Shown: positions 24,831 to 37,668, numbered from the stretch's first letter. The stretch is DNA of 64,000 nt from Isurus oxyrinchus (GCA_026770705.1 JANJGN010000004.1:9858001-9922000); one strand, 5' to 3'. The notes: generated by a model not told the origin, from the letters alone. Program-made: numbers and translations.

Positions 24831-27289
24831 GGGTTGGGGGGGGGGGGGTGGTGGTGGGTGGTTGGTGAGGTGGGGGGAGCGGGTAGGTGGCAGTCATGGC
24901 ACCCCCTGGATTTTACTTGTCCTCCCCCACCTTCAACACCATCATGCAGTTGTTGGATGTGTAGAAGTAAATAGATCTTGCAAAGACAGAACAAGTCATT
25001 TGATCCAATTTGTGTTAGCATTTCCTCCACTTGAAGAAATTGTTTTAATTACATTATCTCCTTTTAGCAAATAACTAAGTCAGTTTTCAACGGTACTGCG
25101 CTATGACAATCAATGTTCCATTGGAGCATGAATATTAAAGATTTATTTCAATCAATTGCCTTTAATGTTCATGTTCGACATTGCAGAAATTAAGTCATTG
25201 AAGGGAGAGCAATTTTTTTTTTAAATCAAGAATTACACAATCGAATTTTACATACAAGATCCTTTCATTAGAATAAACCCTCCTTATAAGGAACCGACAG
25301 TTTTAATGACCTCAATGGCAAGTTCCAATTTTTCAGTGAAAATTAACACTATTACACCAAACACTTAATCAGGATCAACCTGGATTGAGCCAGATACAAT
25401 AGGCAGAATTTAATGTCCCTCCCCAGAGATGAGTTCAGTGATGAATGGGGGAGCCGACAGTGGAGGTTGGGGGGATGCGGGTAGAAATCCTCCTGTCTTC
25501 CCACCTCCCTCCAATTATGTCTGGGATGGGAAGGCTTGTGGTGGGCCTTCCTACCTGGAGGTCAGTGGAGGCCCTTAGGTTGGTTAAGGGCTTCAACTCA
25601 CCAACGCTGATATTCAACCAGTTGCTCACCATCTGGGGAGGGTGCCCAGCAAATCCTGTTTGCAGAGAGGTGGGGGTGCTTTGGAGAAGGAGCGGTTTGT
25701 TATGGTGAAGTTCAGCTGTCATGTCAAATGGATATGGACCACTGTCCAGAGTCATTCAATATATATTCAACTTGTAACAGTGCATCATGAGAACATTATG
25801 ATGGATGTTTCATTAAATGTCACAAAAGAATATGTAATTTCTAAGTAATCAGATGTTATCAAGAGAAGGTAGAAAGTGACCTGCTTCTTTGAGTTAACCC
25901 CAGATCTTCACCGATGCATTTGGAAACTACCTATACCTGAAGAAGCAAGAATTTAACAAGAAGCACTTGAATGAGTTTGTTGTTAGAAGAGTTCTTGCAC
26001 AGCTCAGAATCTAACTCATTGGTTCTTTTTTTCAATGATCATGAAGGAAGGGCATGATAAATTTCACTTGTCCATTGATTCAAAGTTATGTACCAGGTAT
26101 AATTGATCCACTTCAAACCATTGATTATGATCTGTCTGAACTCCAAAAAGTGAAACTTTTTATTGTAAGAAATATAGCCTACTGATTATCTTTTCAACAC
26201 AGCTAGTTGCATGTACCTTTCTTTTTGGAATTTCTCCAATTCCTGAGGGACTTCAGAAAAGGCGTGAAACTTTGAAGTAAGTTGCTGTTGGGGTGCATAC
26301 CATTTTGGTACATGGTGCTGATGAAAATGGAAAAAGAAAGTCCTATTGAATTAATACCAATGAAAAGATAGTCTGTAAAACTGTTCAAGGACTAAGAAGC
26401 AGATTATGTCTGTAATTATCTCTGTGGAAATGGACTCAAGCCAGAGCCTATTGAAGTTTCAGATGATTCCTCTTAACAAACAATATATCTGGAGATTTCT
26501 TGAAATTATTATCTGCAGCAATTTGTTCTGAAGATATCGAGGTAACTGCCTTTTTTTCAGCTACTTATTGAAGAAAGAAGTTGACTCGGCCTCAGCCATC
26601 ACCGTGAGAAGAATCTGATGAAGTTAAGGGATTGTCTCTCAAGCACCAATACAAAATTACTTTGACATCAACAACAGGTGTATAAAAAAACCTTTGAAAT
26701 TCACAAGGCAGATGGAGGCTGTTTGGTCCATTTTTTGTGGTGGCTCTTGGCTACAGTTATCCAAAACTGATCTAAAAATCAAAACTGGGGCTGTTTTTGT
26801 TAGAACGGAGGAGATCAAGGCATGAGTTGATAGAGATATTTAAAACAATGATTGGATTGATAGAAACAGACTAGCCCAGTTTTAACCCCCTGTGGGTATC
26901 AAGCAGATGAGGGCTGAGGTTGATGGCAAATCATCTGGCTGCCTGAAATGTGAATCCCATGTGATTTTAAGCCCCAGGCCTCATCTATGTGCCTTCCCAA
27001 AGTCTTCTGCCTAAAGCAGGCAAGAAATCTAAGCTCACTAGTAGGCAGGAGCAAGATTTTGGGTGGCAGGAACAACTGCCAGCAACCGGGTAAGTAGTAG
27101 AGAATGCAATGGTGTGTGGAAGCCCATGACAGGAGAGACTTAATACTTCAAGACTTCCTGGTGGAGAATAAAGAAGAACCTCTGTTTCACTTAGTCTACA
27201 AGGAAACCAAAAAAAATTACCCATTTTTTTGTGTCCTATCTTGTGGCATTTCTGCCTTTTAAAATCAGCAATGAAATAAATGACCAGAT

Positions 27290-27620
27290 AATCTGCTTTA
27301 GTGTTGTTGATAAGGGATAAAGATTGATCAGAACCCTGGCTGAACTCTACTGCAATTTCTTTTTTTAATCGTGCCATGGAATCTTTAACATCCACCTCGG
27401 GTGGCACACAGGACTTCAGTCTGATGGCTCATCCAAAAGATAGTTCTTTTGACAGTGTAGTTTTCTTCAGGACTATCCTAAATTGTTGGCCTGGAACATT
27501 TTCTCAAGTCTGCAGACTGAGCTCAAGCCCCTAAAGTGAACTCAAGTCCCCAGCGCTATTCTTTAACACCCAAGCTTCTGTTTCAGAGGCATGAGTGCGA
27601 CCGTCAAGCTGAGGCCGATA
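27290..27620 (-). mobile_element. Deu-domain SINE (AmnSINE1/SacSINE1-like), decayed
   Basis: gtgccatggaatctttaacatccacct...ctcatccaaaagatag...gacagtgtag resembles the Deu core as recalled; tRNA-like head remnant near 27580-27615. Confidence 0.65.
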
Positions 27621-29514
27621 CCCCTAGGGCTTCTCTCTCCCCCTCCCCACATAACTCCCCCACCCTAGTCACTCCAATATACACGCACAGCCTCACTAAC
27701 CCTCTCTCTCTCCTTACAACCCAACCTGGCATCTGCCTCTACAAACATGCATAATCACTTTCATTTCAAACTTGCTTCTTGCCCCATCTTCCCACCCCTG
27801 CCATTTCCTGTGCATCTTTCCAGCAACTTAATTAGCTCTGCCAATGGCACAAGAGGTAGGTAGAGAGGCCAGAATTTGAAGCAGTGTCAATGATTAAGAG
27901 CAGTGAGTTAACGCCAACAGCGACTTTATTGTTACTGGTAAATCTTGTTCAATAAGGCCAATTTTTAATCATGGAAAAGACCCAAGTAGGCACCAGAAGG
28001 ACCTCCTCAGGCACTGCTGTCATGGAAGGGATTGAGGCAGGCCTCACAGAGAGAGAAAGGAAAATTCAATGACAGTTCTTTGGAAAGGAATCATAAACTC
28101 TTGGACCATTTTTAAAATGTGCTCAAAAGGCTTCAGAGAATAAAATTGCAGTTTCAAACACAGGCAAGCAATGTTATCTAAAATATAGAGGCAAGATAAT
28201 GTTTCTTACTGACACGTTGAGCAGAATGCATCGATCTCACATGACCAGAATGGGTGACACATGTCAATTATAAAAAGAAATGAAAATCAGGATAAGCAAT
28301 AGAGATCATTAATTTTTCCAATGCCTCCAGTTGTCTATGCTTAAAATAATCATAGAATCATATAACACAGAAGGAAGCCATTTGGCCCATCATACCTGTG
28401 CCATCTTAAGGAAAGAGTAATATATTTTGATTATATTATGATTTGGGTACAGGAGGCAGATGCCTTGTGGGTAGCAGCCCTGCCTCTAAGGCCAGAGGTT
28501 CTAGATTTCAGTCCACTCCTGAGAAATTCCACACATGCCATTGTTAATATAAGGTTCATTGGCTCTGTACATAATGTATACTAGTGAATGATAATGGACA
28601 GGCCATGAGTTGGCATGGAGGGTGTGAGGGGCCATGGGAGGATAATTGGGGTCTTGAATTGGCATTGAGTTGGCATGGGAGCTATAAGGGCCATGGTGGT
28701 GGGTGGTATGAATTGGCATGGTTGGGACATGGAAGGGGCATGGGTAAGACCTTTTGAATTTACCTGTCAAAGGTTCCTGGATCCAGACTCCTCTGTGGGG
28801 CCATGAACCACGAGACACCCAGAAGCTGGCCCAACTCCACGAAAATTGCAGAGGACTGGGAGATACCTACCCTTGCAATGGAGCCGGTCAGGCCAAGAGA
28901 GAGAGCCTGCATCCTTATGCAGTGCCAGCAAAAGTTCATAGGCCGGAATGGCAGCAGGAACCCCAGAATTGGGATCCCCCAATTTTTAAATGGTTCTGCA
29001 ATCATTCCAACTCCGTGAAAATCCGGTTCAGTCTTTCTTTGAATATTAGTTACATAAGGACCTGATGTCTTAATCAAGGTCCTATTCCCAAACAAACATT
29101 TTAATTCAAAACCAGATCATTCTACATTGCAAACTGTTTTCCTCTCAAATATTTTGGGTGATGTACTTTAAACATATTGTTAAAGAAGCATCGACAGGCA
29201 AGGGTTTTTTGTGAGGTTCTAAGAGGAAGTGTTTCAAGACCACAAATGGTGAGCCTCTCCATCTTTCTGTCATTAAGAAAAATATACTTATATTGAGCTG
29301 AGCTCAGATTTAAGACCAGTCTCATTGTTTATTTCAACCCATTTCTCCTGTTTTCTTTAAAAGCTGTAGTTTTATTGGCTAAAGCCATGGTTTGTACTGC
29401 CTCTCAACAACATCCAAAAATAATTCTTAGGAGAAAAATGCTTCTAATATTAATACTATCTAAAATTCTTGATAGGCAGTATGACGAAATATCAGTTTTC
29501 TAAAACATTGCACC

Positions 29515-30780
29515 TGTTGGTCTTATGGGTCCTAGACTGGAACCCAGCTTGATAGATCCTAACTTTTAATTTGTTTGTTTGGATATGCGGAGAGGGGCTA
29601 CTGAACTGAGTCACCAGAGTCAGCTAATGAACTTTCAACAAAAGCATAAAACATTTATTAAACGAGAAAAGATGAACCATATTACAATATTTCTTCACCC
29701 ACAACTATACCTTTGCAGATTTGTAAGGATAACACAAGTTACAAAAGCTATCTTATACCCTAATGTTCACAGTAAGCACCGTCCATGTAAGCCAATTGGC
29801 AACATGTGGTCAGACACATCAGACTCTGAAACCAAGTGACATATGCCACCCCAGGTAGATGCAATGGATCGCTCCTCAACTTCCCCCAGACACTTGTTAC
29901 ACCGTGACCCAACCAGTCTCACTGCACAAGGGTTTCCAATCTCCACTCTTGAAGGACTCACTCTAGAACCTTTTGCCAAACCAATGCTTTCTCTCAGACA
30001 CCTTCTGCAAGGCTTCACCTCCAGGGTTTTGGACTCTCCTTCTGATGTTCCTCTCCTCCTGGGTCACCATATGCATTCAAGCTGTCTTCCACACACTGTC
30101 TCTCATCAACTCAGCTGTCAACAGTACACCACTGCTTCAAATGCCCATAGCAAAGAGTTACAGACCTTCAGCCATCTTGTTGGACCTTCTGGTGTCTTAC
30201 AAGCTGTACTCACTTTAAACCTGCCCTCTGCAGCTTTTGTCTCTTTAAATCTGAAGCTTGGAGCCTTTTCTCTCTGTCCCTCACTCTTAACTTCACTTAA
30301 CAGAACCTTTTTCAGGTTTCTGTCCTTTCTTTGATTAGAAGGTCTGCTTGGGACTTTCTCCTGCTTCTGTCTCACTCCTTTGGACTTGGGACCTTTTGGT
30401 TTTTTGGGGAAATATGCCATCATTCTCCAGTTCCCTCTTGCAGTGTTCAGTCTCTTTGGAGTCCTGTCTTAGTACTGAACTCAAAATTGCTATTTCTTTA
30501 GTTTTTCTGTATATGTTTATGGGAGGGACCTGCCTCTCTGGACCCCTGATGCTAGGCAACAGCTCAGTTTCTCTACTCTTGTTTGGTTAACTTAGATGCT
30601 ACAGTCATAAAACTCTCATTAGAAATGCAGGCAGCTTTTAAAGTGAAACTAAAATCAGCTTGGCCTTTCTTAACACACAGATATAGAAATACAAATCAAA
30701 CTTAAACATTAAAGCTAAAACTCATTCCTAACACCTACAGCTACCCATATAACTTACTTACACTTTCTATGTTTCCACTA
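29515..30780 (-). mobile_element. Probable solo LTR
   Basis: Starts TGTTGG; minus-strand AATAAA at ~29655; architecture resembles the solo LTR at 45695; right end and TSD not clear. Confidence 0.45.
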
Positions 30781-30874
30781 TAATTGAGGATAATGTTGTC
30801 TATAAATTGATATGCTGTGCTGTAAATGTTGTGAACATGTAAAATGTGAGTTAACCCATTTTGATATGAGCTGT

Positions 30875-31925
30875 GGTGGTAAGTAGTGAAAAATGGCTGT
30901 TTTTTTCAGATTGGAAGATGGTTTGTAGTGGAGTTCCTCAGGGGTCAGTGCTGGGACCCTTGCTCTTCCTGAAATATATTAATGACATAGTGGTGTGCAG
31001 GGTATGATTTCAAAAATTGCAGATCATACAAGGATTGGAAATGTTGTCAGCTGTGATGGGGATAGTCTTGAACATCGAAAGGGCATAGACATGTTGGTAG
31101 TATGGGTAGACAAGGGGTAGATGAAGTTCAATCCAAAGAAGTGTGAGGTGATTATTTTGCAGGGAAGACATGGTGAGGCAGCGTAAAATAAAGGGAAAGC
31201 CTCCAAAGGAGGTGCAGGAACAGAGGGACCTCGGTATACATGTACATAGGTCATTGAAATCACAGGGCATGTTGACAGAGCAGTTAATGAAACAAATAGC
31301 ATCTTAAGCTTTGTTAATAAGAGCATCAAATACAAGAGTAAGGAGGTCATGTTGTACTTGTATAAGACACCAGTTAGGCCTCACTTGGAGTGCTGCATCC
31401 ATTCTGGGCGCCATATTTGAGGAAGGATGTGAAAGCATCCAAGAGAGTACAGAAGAGATTCACAAGAATAATTCTAGGGATAAAGAACTATAGCTATGAG
31501 GATAGATTGGAGAGGTTGGGACTGTTTTCCTTGGAGAAAAGAAGGCTGAGAGGAGACTTGATAGAGATGTGCAAGATTCTGAGGGGTATGGACAGGGTTA
31601 ATAATGAGAAACCGTTGCCACTCAAGTGAACATCAAGAGCTAAAGGGCACAGATGCAAAATAATTGGCAAAAGGAGTAAAGGCGACTTGAGGAAAAATTT
31701 TTTCACCCAGAGGGTGGTTGGAGTCTGGAACAAACTTCCTGAAAGGGTGATGAAGGCAGGTTCGATTGAGGTATTCGAAAGAGAATTGGATTGCTACCTG
31801 AAAAGAGAGTGTGCAAGGTTGAGGGGTAAGGCAGGGAAGTGGGACTAGGTGGAATGCTCTTTCAGAGAGCCAGTGCAGACTTGGTGGGCTGAATGCACCT
31901 TCTGCACTGTAAAGATACTGTGAAT
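30875..31925 (+). mobile_element. CR1 LINE RT region and 3' end
   Basis: [55 protein letters not shown]. Confidence 0.9.
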
Positions 31926-32612
31926 TGAACAGGTAGTAAGAAAAAAGAATAGAAATGACCCAAATGTTCCATTGCTCAGGAAACCAGGTGGAAAATGAAT
32001 TAATGATGAGCTATACAAAATCGACTTGTACCACATTGTACCACATTGAGGATGTTCAGCTTGGAGAGGAGTCATTTTCATCACATCTTCATCATCAAGT
32101 TATGTGTTGTATTTTGATATAATTTAAGTAATGACATTATATATTTGTTACTCATGAATGGGAAATAAAATGTTTTAAGGTTGATACAGGAATATTGTGA
32201 ATTTGAATTGCACCCTGTGATTTCTCAAAGCATATTTGCTTTAAATGACACTTATCACTGACAGTATTAGACCATGCCCCTACCATTTTAATCAACATCA
32301 CATGAAGCCAGTGTCCCTTTAGCAGAATAGGATGCTGATCATTCTCCACTGGGGCGATTTGGAGCATAAAATTATAATTAAATAATGATTAGTGCGGCAG
32401 GGCATGTAGCTTTTACATTGGCCTGACCCTTGGAACTGTGCAACAATTCGCCTTGCAGGACTTTCAGTAATCTCATGTTACTGCTGCCACTTTTGTTATT
32501 CAAATCTCAGAGGTGAGGAAAGGGCACCCTCAACAAAAAAAACTTAGGCAGACATTTGAAAATATCAGTACCTTCAAAATAGATCTCTCCGTGAGCTGCA
32601 GTCAGATTCACT

Positions 32613-33272
32613 GGGCAGAATTCTGCTGGCCCCAGGGTGGTAATAGTGGGTGCAGTTGGTGGGGCGAAGGGGGTGTGGAGGTGGTGGTGGTGGGAAAATA
32701 GCATACAGCCATCTGAAGTTTCCTCAGGGTAGGCAGGAATACAGACCGACTGCCTGCTGCAAGGCAGTGGTGGCAGCCAATCTGCATATCTATAGCCCCA
32801 GTTAGTGGCGTCATGAGCATTTTGTCAGCCGCAGAGTGGCCCCCCTGCCACATCTCAGTGGAGGCAGCTTCCCTGCAGCAGGCTGGGTGGTGGGAGACCC
32901 TTGAAGACAAAGACTCTATCCACACAAGAGGGGGCCCATTGGAATAAAAGGCTGCACCCATGACCCTAAAACTGACACTGGAGGATGCTCCCCTCTGATC
33001 GGAGGAGCCTACCTGCTTGATCCGTCTAAAAAAAAAAACGTTGTCATTTTCACTCCACCGAGGATGCCTTCATTTTGAGACACGCTTTTATTCCCAGACC
33101 TGCCTCAGCAACTTACTCGGTGGAGCTGCCAAGTCTCCAGAGCTGCTGCTATTGTGGTAAGCCAGTTTGGGAGGCAGCCTCTGGGAAAATAGTTCTCAGC
33201 CTGGCTGCCGGCAAATATAGGCTCTGGATCCCATTCTGACCAGGGCCTGAAGCCCGTGGGAAAATCCTGCCC
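32613..33272. mobile_element. Non-autonomous Harbinger-type element with TIRs
   Basis: GGGCAGAATTCT ... AAAATCCTGCCC imperfect terminal inverted repeats, same family as the TIRs at 37818/42921. Confidence 0.65.
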
Positions 33273-33689
33273 CAAAACCCTCTGTTTTACACATCTGTAT
33301 AATCAGGGTGCAACGCCTTTATTCCTTCTCCCTATTGATCTGCAGCAACATTAGATCTTCTAATTCTTTGCATTTTATTGAAGTTATTTTTTAACATTTA
33401 AAGAAATCTTCAATGACTTCCTAGTTGTGCAGAGCCCTACATGAATCTGAATGTGATATCACAGTTAATAATGGGCGTGACAGGAGTTTACACACAAGTG
33501 CTGAGCTTACTCATTTATTTTGAGATCAGTCCCATTGTTTAGACATGTTTTTTCCTCTACTTAACTGATTCACCCTGTTGGGGGGTCAATTGCTATAAAC
33601 ATGAATCTGTGGCACGGTTGTCTCTACAGCTAGTTATATAACAAATATGCTGTGAAAGTTATTTCTTAAATTCTTGATTTTTTTAAAAA

Positions 33690-34310
33690 ATAAGAGCAGA
33701 AAATGCTGGGAAAACTCAGCAGGTCAGGCATCAACTGTGGAGAGAGAAACAGAGTTAACGGGTGAATTTTACAGGGGGTGCATACTGCTTTCTCCACCAT
33801 CACCCCCTTCCACCCTGCCCCCACCAATAGAAAAGTCAGCCTTGAACCCACCGACTTTAAAATGGGCTGCCTCACAGCGATACGATGCTGGAGGTGGCCT
33901 TAACCAGGTGAGAGTGGGATACCTGCCCCCTCAGGGACAGGAAGTCCCACCCCTTAGATCTGACTGGCTAGCAGCTGAGCAGTGAACAGCACCAAATTGC
34001 AGTATTGGTGGGATGACAAGCAGTCCTAAGAAGAAGATCCATAGATGCCGGACTTCCAGGTAGGTCCAGGGTTTTTGGTCGGGGAATGTTTAGAGACTCA
34101 AGAGGGCAGAGGGTTGGGAGGTTTGGGTTTGGAGGCCAGGAGTGGAGGCACAAAGTGGCGGGATGGGGAGTTACGATCATGGGAAAGGGTGCCCCAATGG
34201 GCATAGGGGACTCCTCAAAGAAAGTACCCTCCCTTTCCTTTGCGTCTTTCAGCCCGAGTTGCAAAAGTAGCGGGCTGCCCCCCTTGATTCTGCCTTCTCC
34301 AGCTGCAGGT
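33690..34310. mobile_element. Penelope-like short repeat (33690-33760) truncated by a non-autonomous Harbinger-type element
   Basis: gcagaaaatgctggg..ctcagcaggtcaggc..ggagagagaaacagagttaac is the reverse complement of 33-100; then gggtgaatttt TIR-like start. Confidence 0.55.
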
Positions 34311-34369
34311 GTTATTTATTTTAACTTTCCGAACCATAGCTTTATTTGTTGTGTAGATACACTGGTAGT

Positions 34370-34663
34370 TTATACAGTGCTGGAGGAAGCCATTGTGGAA
34401 CGTCTGGGCTTTGGGATGGTCACCTCGTGGAATCCATTACTGAATTGATGATACAATACCTTCAGGTGCCTCATGCGACCTGTAACAGTTGTGTTTCTCC
34501 TTTTGGCCTTAGCACTCCAGTTATACTTCCCCGTTCTCTTGTCAAGGAAGGCATATTTACTGCAGGCTGATTTCTGCACGTGAAATGCTTTAGCCCCACA
34601 TCGCCGGCAAAGAGTGTGGGTCTTGTGCCGCCCCTTACCAAATGATAATGTTCCCTTCGTCAT
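34370..34663 (-). pseudogene. RPL37: Processed retrocopy of 60S ribosomal protein L37 (eL37)
   Basis: 97-codon intronless [40 protein letters not shown]...[22 protein letters not shown]; AATAAA at 34341-34346 and A-rich tail remnant at ~34313-34325; fourth zinc-finger Cys replaced by Tyr. Confidence 0.93.
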
Positions 34664-34791
34664 TTTCACTGCGCGCTGGAGACAAAATATTACATGGGTA
34701 CACGATGACATTGGGATGCTTGCCTGACATCATTATGTGCTGCTTCACACTCAGGTGTATACCTGCACACCAAGGTGGCAATTCTGCCTCA

Positions 34792-34885
34792 GATTTCTAT
34801 TGAATTCAAATTTTACCATCTGCCATCGTGGGATTCGAACCCAGGTCCTCAGACCATTACCCTGGGTCTTTGGAATATAGTCCAA
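34792..34885 (-). mobile_element. tRNA-derived SINE/LINE head fragment
   Basis: gaattcaaattttaccatctgccatcgtgggattcgaacccaggtcc..attaccctgggtct..tagtcca; B box GGTTCGAATCC; closely matches 58065-58148. Confidence 0.75.
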
Positions 34886-36734
34886 CTGGCCATTAATTGG
34901 CCACTTAAGGGCCTCAATAGACCTATGGACGGACGGACTGGCTGACACCTTAACCATAATATGGGGGACAGCTCAGCGGTGGGTGGGTGGTGGACTGGCT
35001 GCCCATTTTATTTTACATGCCAACTCTGCCTACAAATACGCTGGTGGTGGGGGGGGGCATAAAATACCACCCCCACCCCCCCCCCCCCCCCCCCCCTCCA
35101 CCGGTATTTCAGGTAGTGCCCTTTAATCAATTTTGTTATGGATATAATAGGTTTCTGCTGATCCGCTCAATTTCTATTAGTCAATTATGCTGACCCGGAC
35201 TTCACTGCAAAAGCATTGGTACCTCTGGCCAATTGCTATAAACGATGTTACAACTTGGCATTCTCTGGAAGCAGAATCCACTTAAAAAAGTAGATATGTT
35301 TAGCTGTGATTTCAGATTTTGTAGCAAAATAGTTAATAATTTAAAGGGAATACCTTGATAAAATATGTTTTCAGTGATATCAGGGTATATTTCATACTCT
35401 GCATGATGTGCATTGCTGTAGGCAATGTGAGTGATTAAATCTTTATTACAATCCATGCCCTTTGTCATGAAGTGTTATTTGTCTTATCACCTTTTCATTA
35501 TAGGACCAGTTTCACTTCGTTAGGATTCATTGAGAACATTTTTAAGTATAACCAGATCCATTATAATAGGATTTCAGTATATAGTGGAGTACAGACCCCA
35601 CCACTTACACTGTGCCTGCATATGCCATACAGCCACCAATATCAGACAAATGGGGGTAACATTTCGTGATTGTCATAGGCATTAGCCACAAAAATGTCAC
35701 TTAAACTGTAGTGGACAGCTTATTTCAGGCAGTTCAGGCAGTTGTTTGTTGTGCCATTAAATCCACACTCCCATGTGGGCCCAAATAAGTGACATTAATT
35801 GTATATTGAGGAGCAGCATCTTTGTCCAACAAATTGTTACTGACCAACATATAAGAGTTCTTGAAAGACGATTACAATTGAAGCAGGAGGGTTCTGGCAG
35901 TATGCCAACACAGGTTACTGTTTGCTCCTGTTTCTGATTGCCCCCGTCAATCTGGCTTCCTCTTAAATGCTTTCAGGGCTCTAATGTCAGCAAAGTTGTC
36001 AGATTCATCGGTGTACTGACTGTTGGAATAAATTGTTTTTTGGAAAAGCTAGGATGAGCAATGACATTTGCTCTTATGCTTTGCAGTTATTAGGGCGTCT
36101 GATGGGTTTACCCTTCATCGTGTATAGCCAGCAAATGGCCTTGATGTGAATGTGCCTGCCATGTGCAGTGCCGAATGTACTATTAAATGGGTATGTGGAT
36201 GTAGGTTTTGGAACAGCAACAATTAGATGACTTAACAACAAAGTGTAATGGTCATGGTGTTTTGGTATTGTTCATACTACAGATGATAAATGTAATTTGG
36301 AATTAATTTACGTGAATCCCAATTCTGGATAGAAGAAAATACCAATTGAGGACCATATGACAATAGTTTGTGAAAGTGGAAGGGAGGAATTTTACCAGCC
36401 TTTTGGCGGCAGGCTGGGAGGTGGGAAGGCTGACAACATGGCATGAGGAAGCAGCGCCTGAAAAATTGGTAGATGGGCTGCTACTGGTAGCCCAATTGAG
36501 TAATTTAAGTGTCTAGTTAAGGGCCGCATACCATTTCTGCTGATATTTTGCCAGTGGCATTGCTGTGTGGGGAGACTGTTCAATGAAATGTGATGGTTTC
36601 CAAATGGGCTATGGTGGGCCTTCCTTTTTGGGCACTCCATGGCCAATGGAGGAGCCTTTCAGCAGCACTGACCTCCTCCATGGCAACTGCACTGTCTGCC
36701 CTCAGTGACCTCCCCCCAATCCCTACAGCCCTGA

Positions 36735-37270
36735 TTGTACCCAACCTGCTGTGCTTACAAAACTCAAAACATAGTGTCCAACAGCAGGCATGATTCCACA
36801 ATTGGACAGCACTTGCTAAACAATCCTGAATGTGCTAAGAATTATGCTGAAAGCCAATTTAAGTGTATCAGTTGGGCTCACACTGTGGCTCACTTATGCA
36901 TGCTAGAAGCCACATATATTCACACACAGGGCCATGTCCTTTGCAGATAGCAGGACTACATCCATGCTTTGTGCCTTTCCAACTAAACAAAAACTTGGAG
37001 TCAGCCATTCCGTGGTTCATTCCCCATGCCTTGACCAATCTGAGTTGACCTGCTTGGTTTGAATTTAAACAAAAGTTGGGCAGTTAACTATTCTCTGCTG
37101 CATTCTCCATGGCTACGCCTTTACCAATAGAGCCCACTTGCTAACCAATCAGCATTTTCTTCCCATACAGTATAAATTGTTCTTCCCTTTACTGGTGGTT
37201 CATCTTGCGAACTGTCCTGATGAGTGCAAGACGAAAAACACCCCTAGCATGTCTCTTTTTTTCAGCAATA
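36735..37270 (+). mobile_element. Penelope-like element 3' end (GIY-YIG C-terminus plus pLTR)
   Basis: DSTIGQHLLNNPECAKNY..QFKCIS.A..VAHLCMLEATYIHTQGHVLCR fits the PLE endonuclease C-terminal H/LE pattern; followed by CCAAT boxes, TATAAA and a hammerhead core. Confidence 0.8.
37212..37240 (+). ncRNA. Hammerhead ribozyme core, stem III and 3' arm degraded
   Basis: CTGTC-CTGATGA-GTGCAAGAC-GAAA; downstream AGCTTC not retained. Confidence 0.5.
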
Positions 37271-37294
37271 CAATTGGTTATGGAAGTGTAATAG

Positions 37295-37668
37295 CTCCAG
37301 AACTGGTACTGGTCTAGAAACTCAGAGACATGAGTTCATATTTCACTAAGGTAAGTTGGTGAAATTGAATTCAATCTGGTAACTTCTGGCTGGTACCAGG
37401 CAGAAATAACCATGAAATCTACTGCATTGTCATTAAAAAAAAAGTCAACTGGTTCACTTGTACTTCAGGGAATCTGCCTCATCTGGTCCATTCAAGACTC
37501 TAGTTCCACACCATGGTCATTGACTCTTAATGCTTAACGAGTTATTCAGTTGGATAATGGGATGCTAGACCACTTCAGAGGCTCACCACCACCTTCTCTG
37601 GTCAACGGGGATGGCTGATAAATGCACATCTGCCAGCATTGCCCACATTCTGTGATCAAATTTAAAAG
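37295..37668 (+). mobile_element. tRNA-derived SINE with LINE family B tail
   Basis: Head and body homologous to the reverse complement of 57890-58150; 3' part gctcaccaccaccttctc..gggatgg..ataaatgc..gccagc..cccacat matches the family B tail at 21919-21995. Confidence 0.7.

Noticed and set aside
29843-30334. 163-aa plus-strand ORF
   Set aside because: Low-complexity S/L/T-rich translation inside a probable solo LTR
34370-34711. N-terminally extended 113-aa RPL37
   Set aside because: The upstream ATG lies outside the retrocopied leader; homology begins at the ATG at 34663
34690-34885. SINE-head/RPL37 chimeric retrocopy
   Set aside because: About 100 bp of unrelated MITE-like sequence separates the tRNA head from the RPL37 leader; no direct fusion
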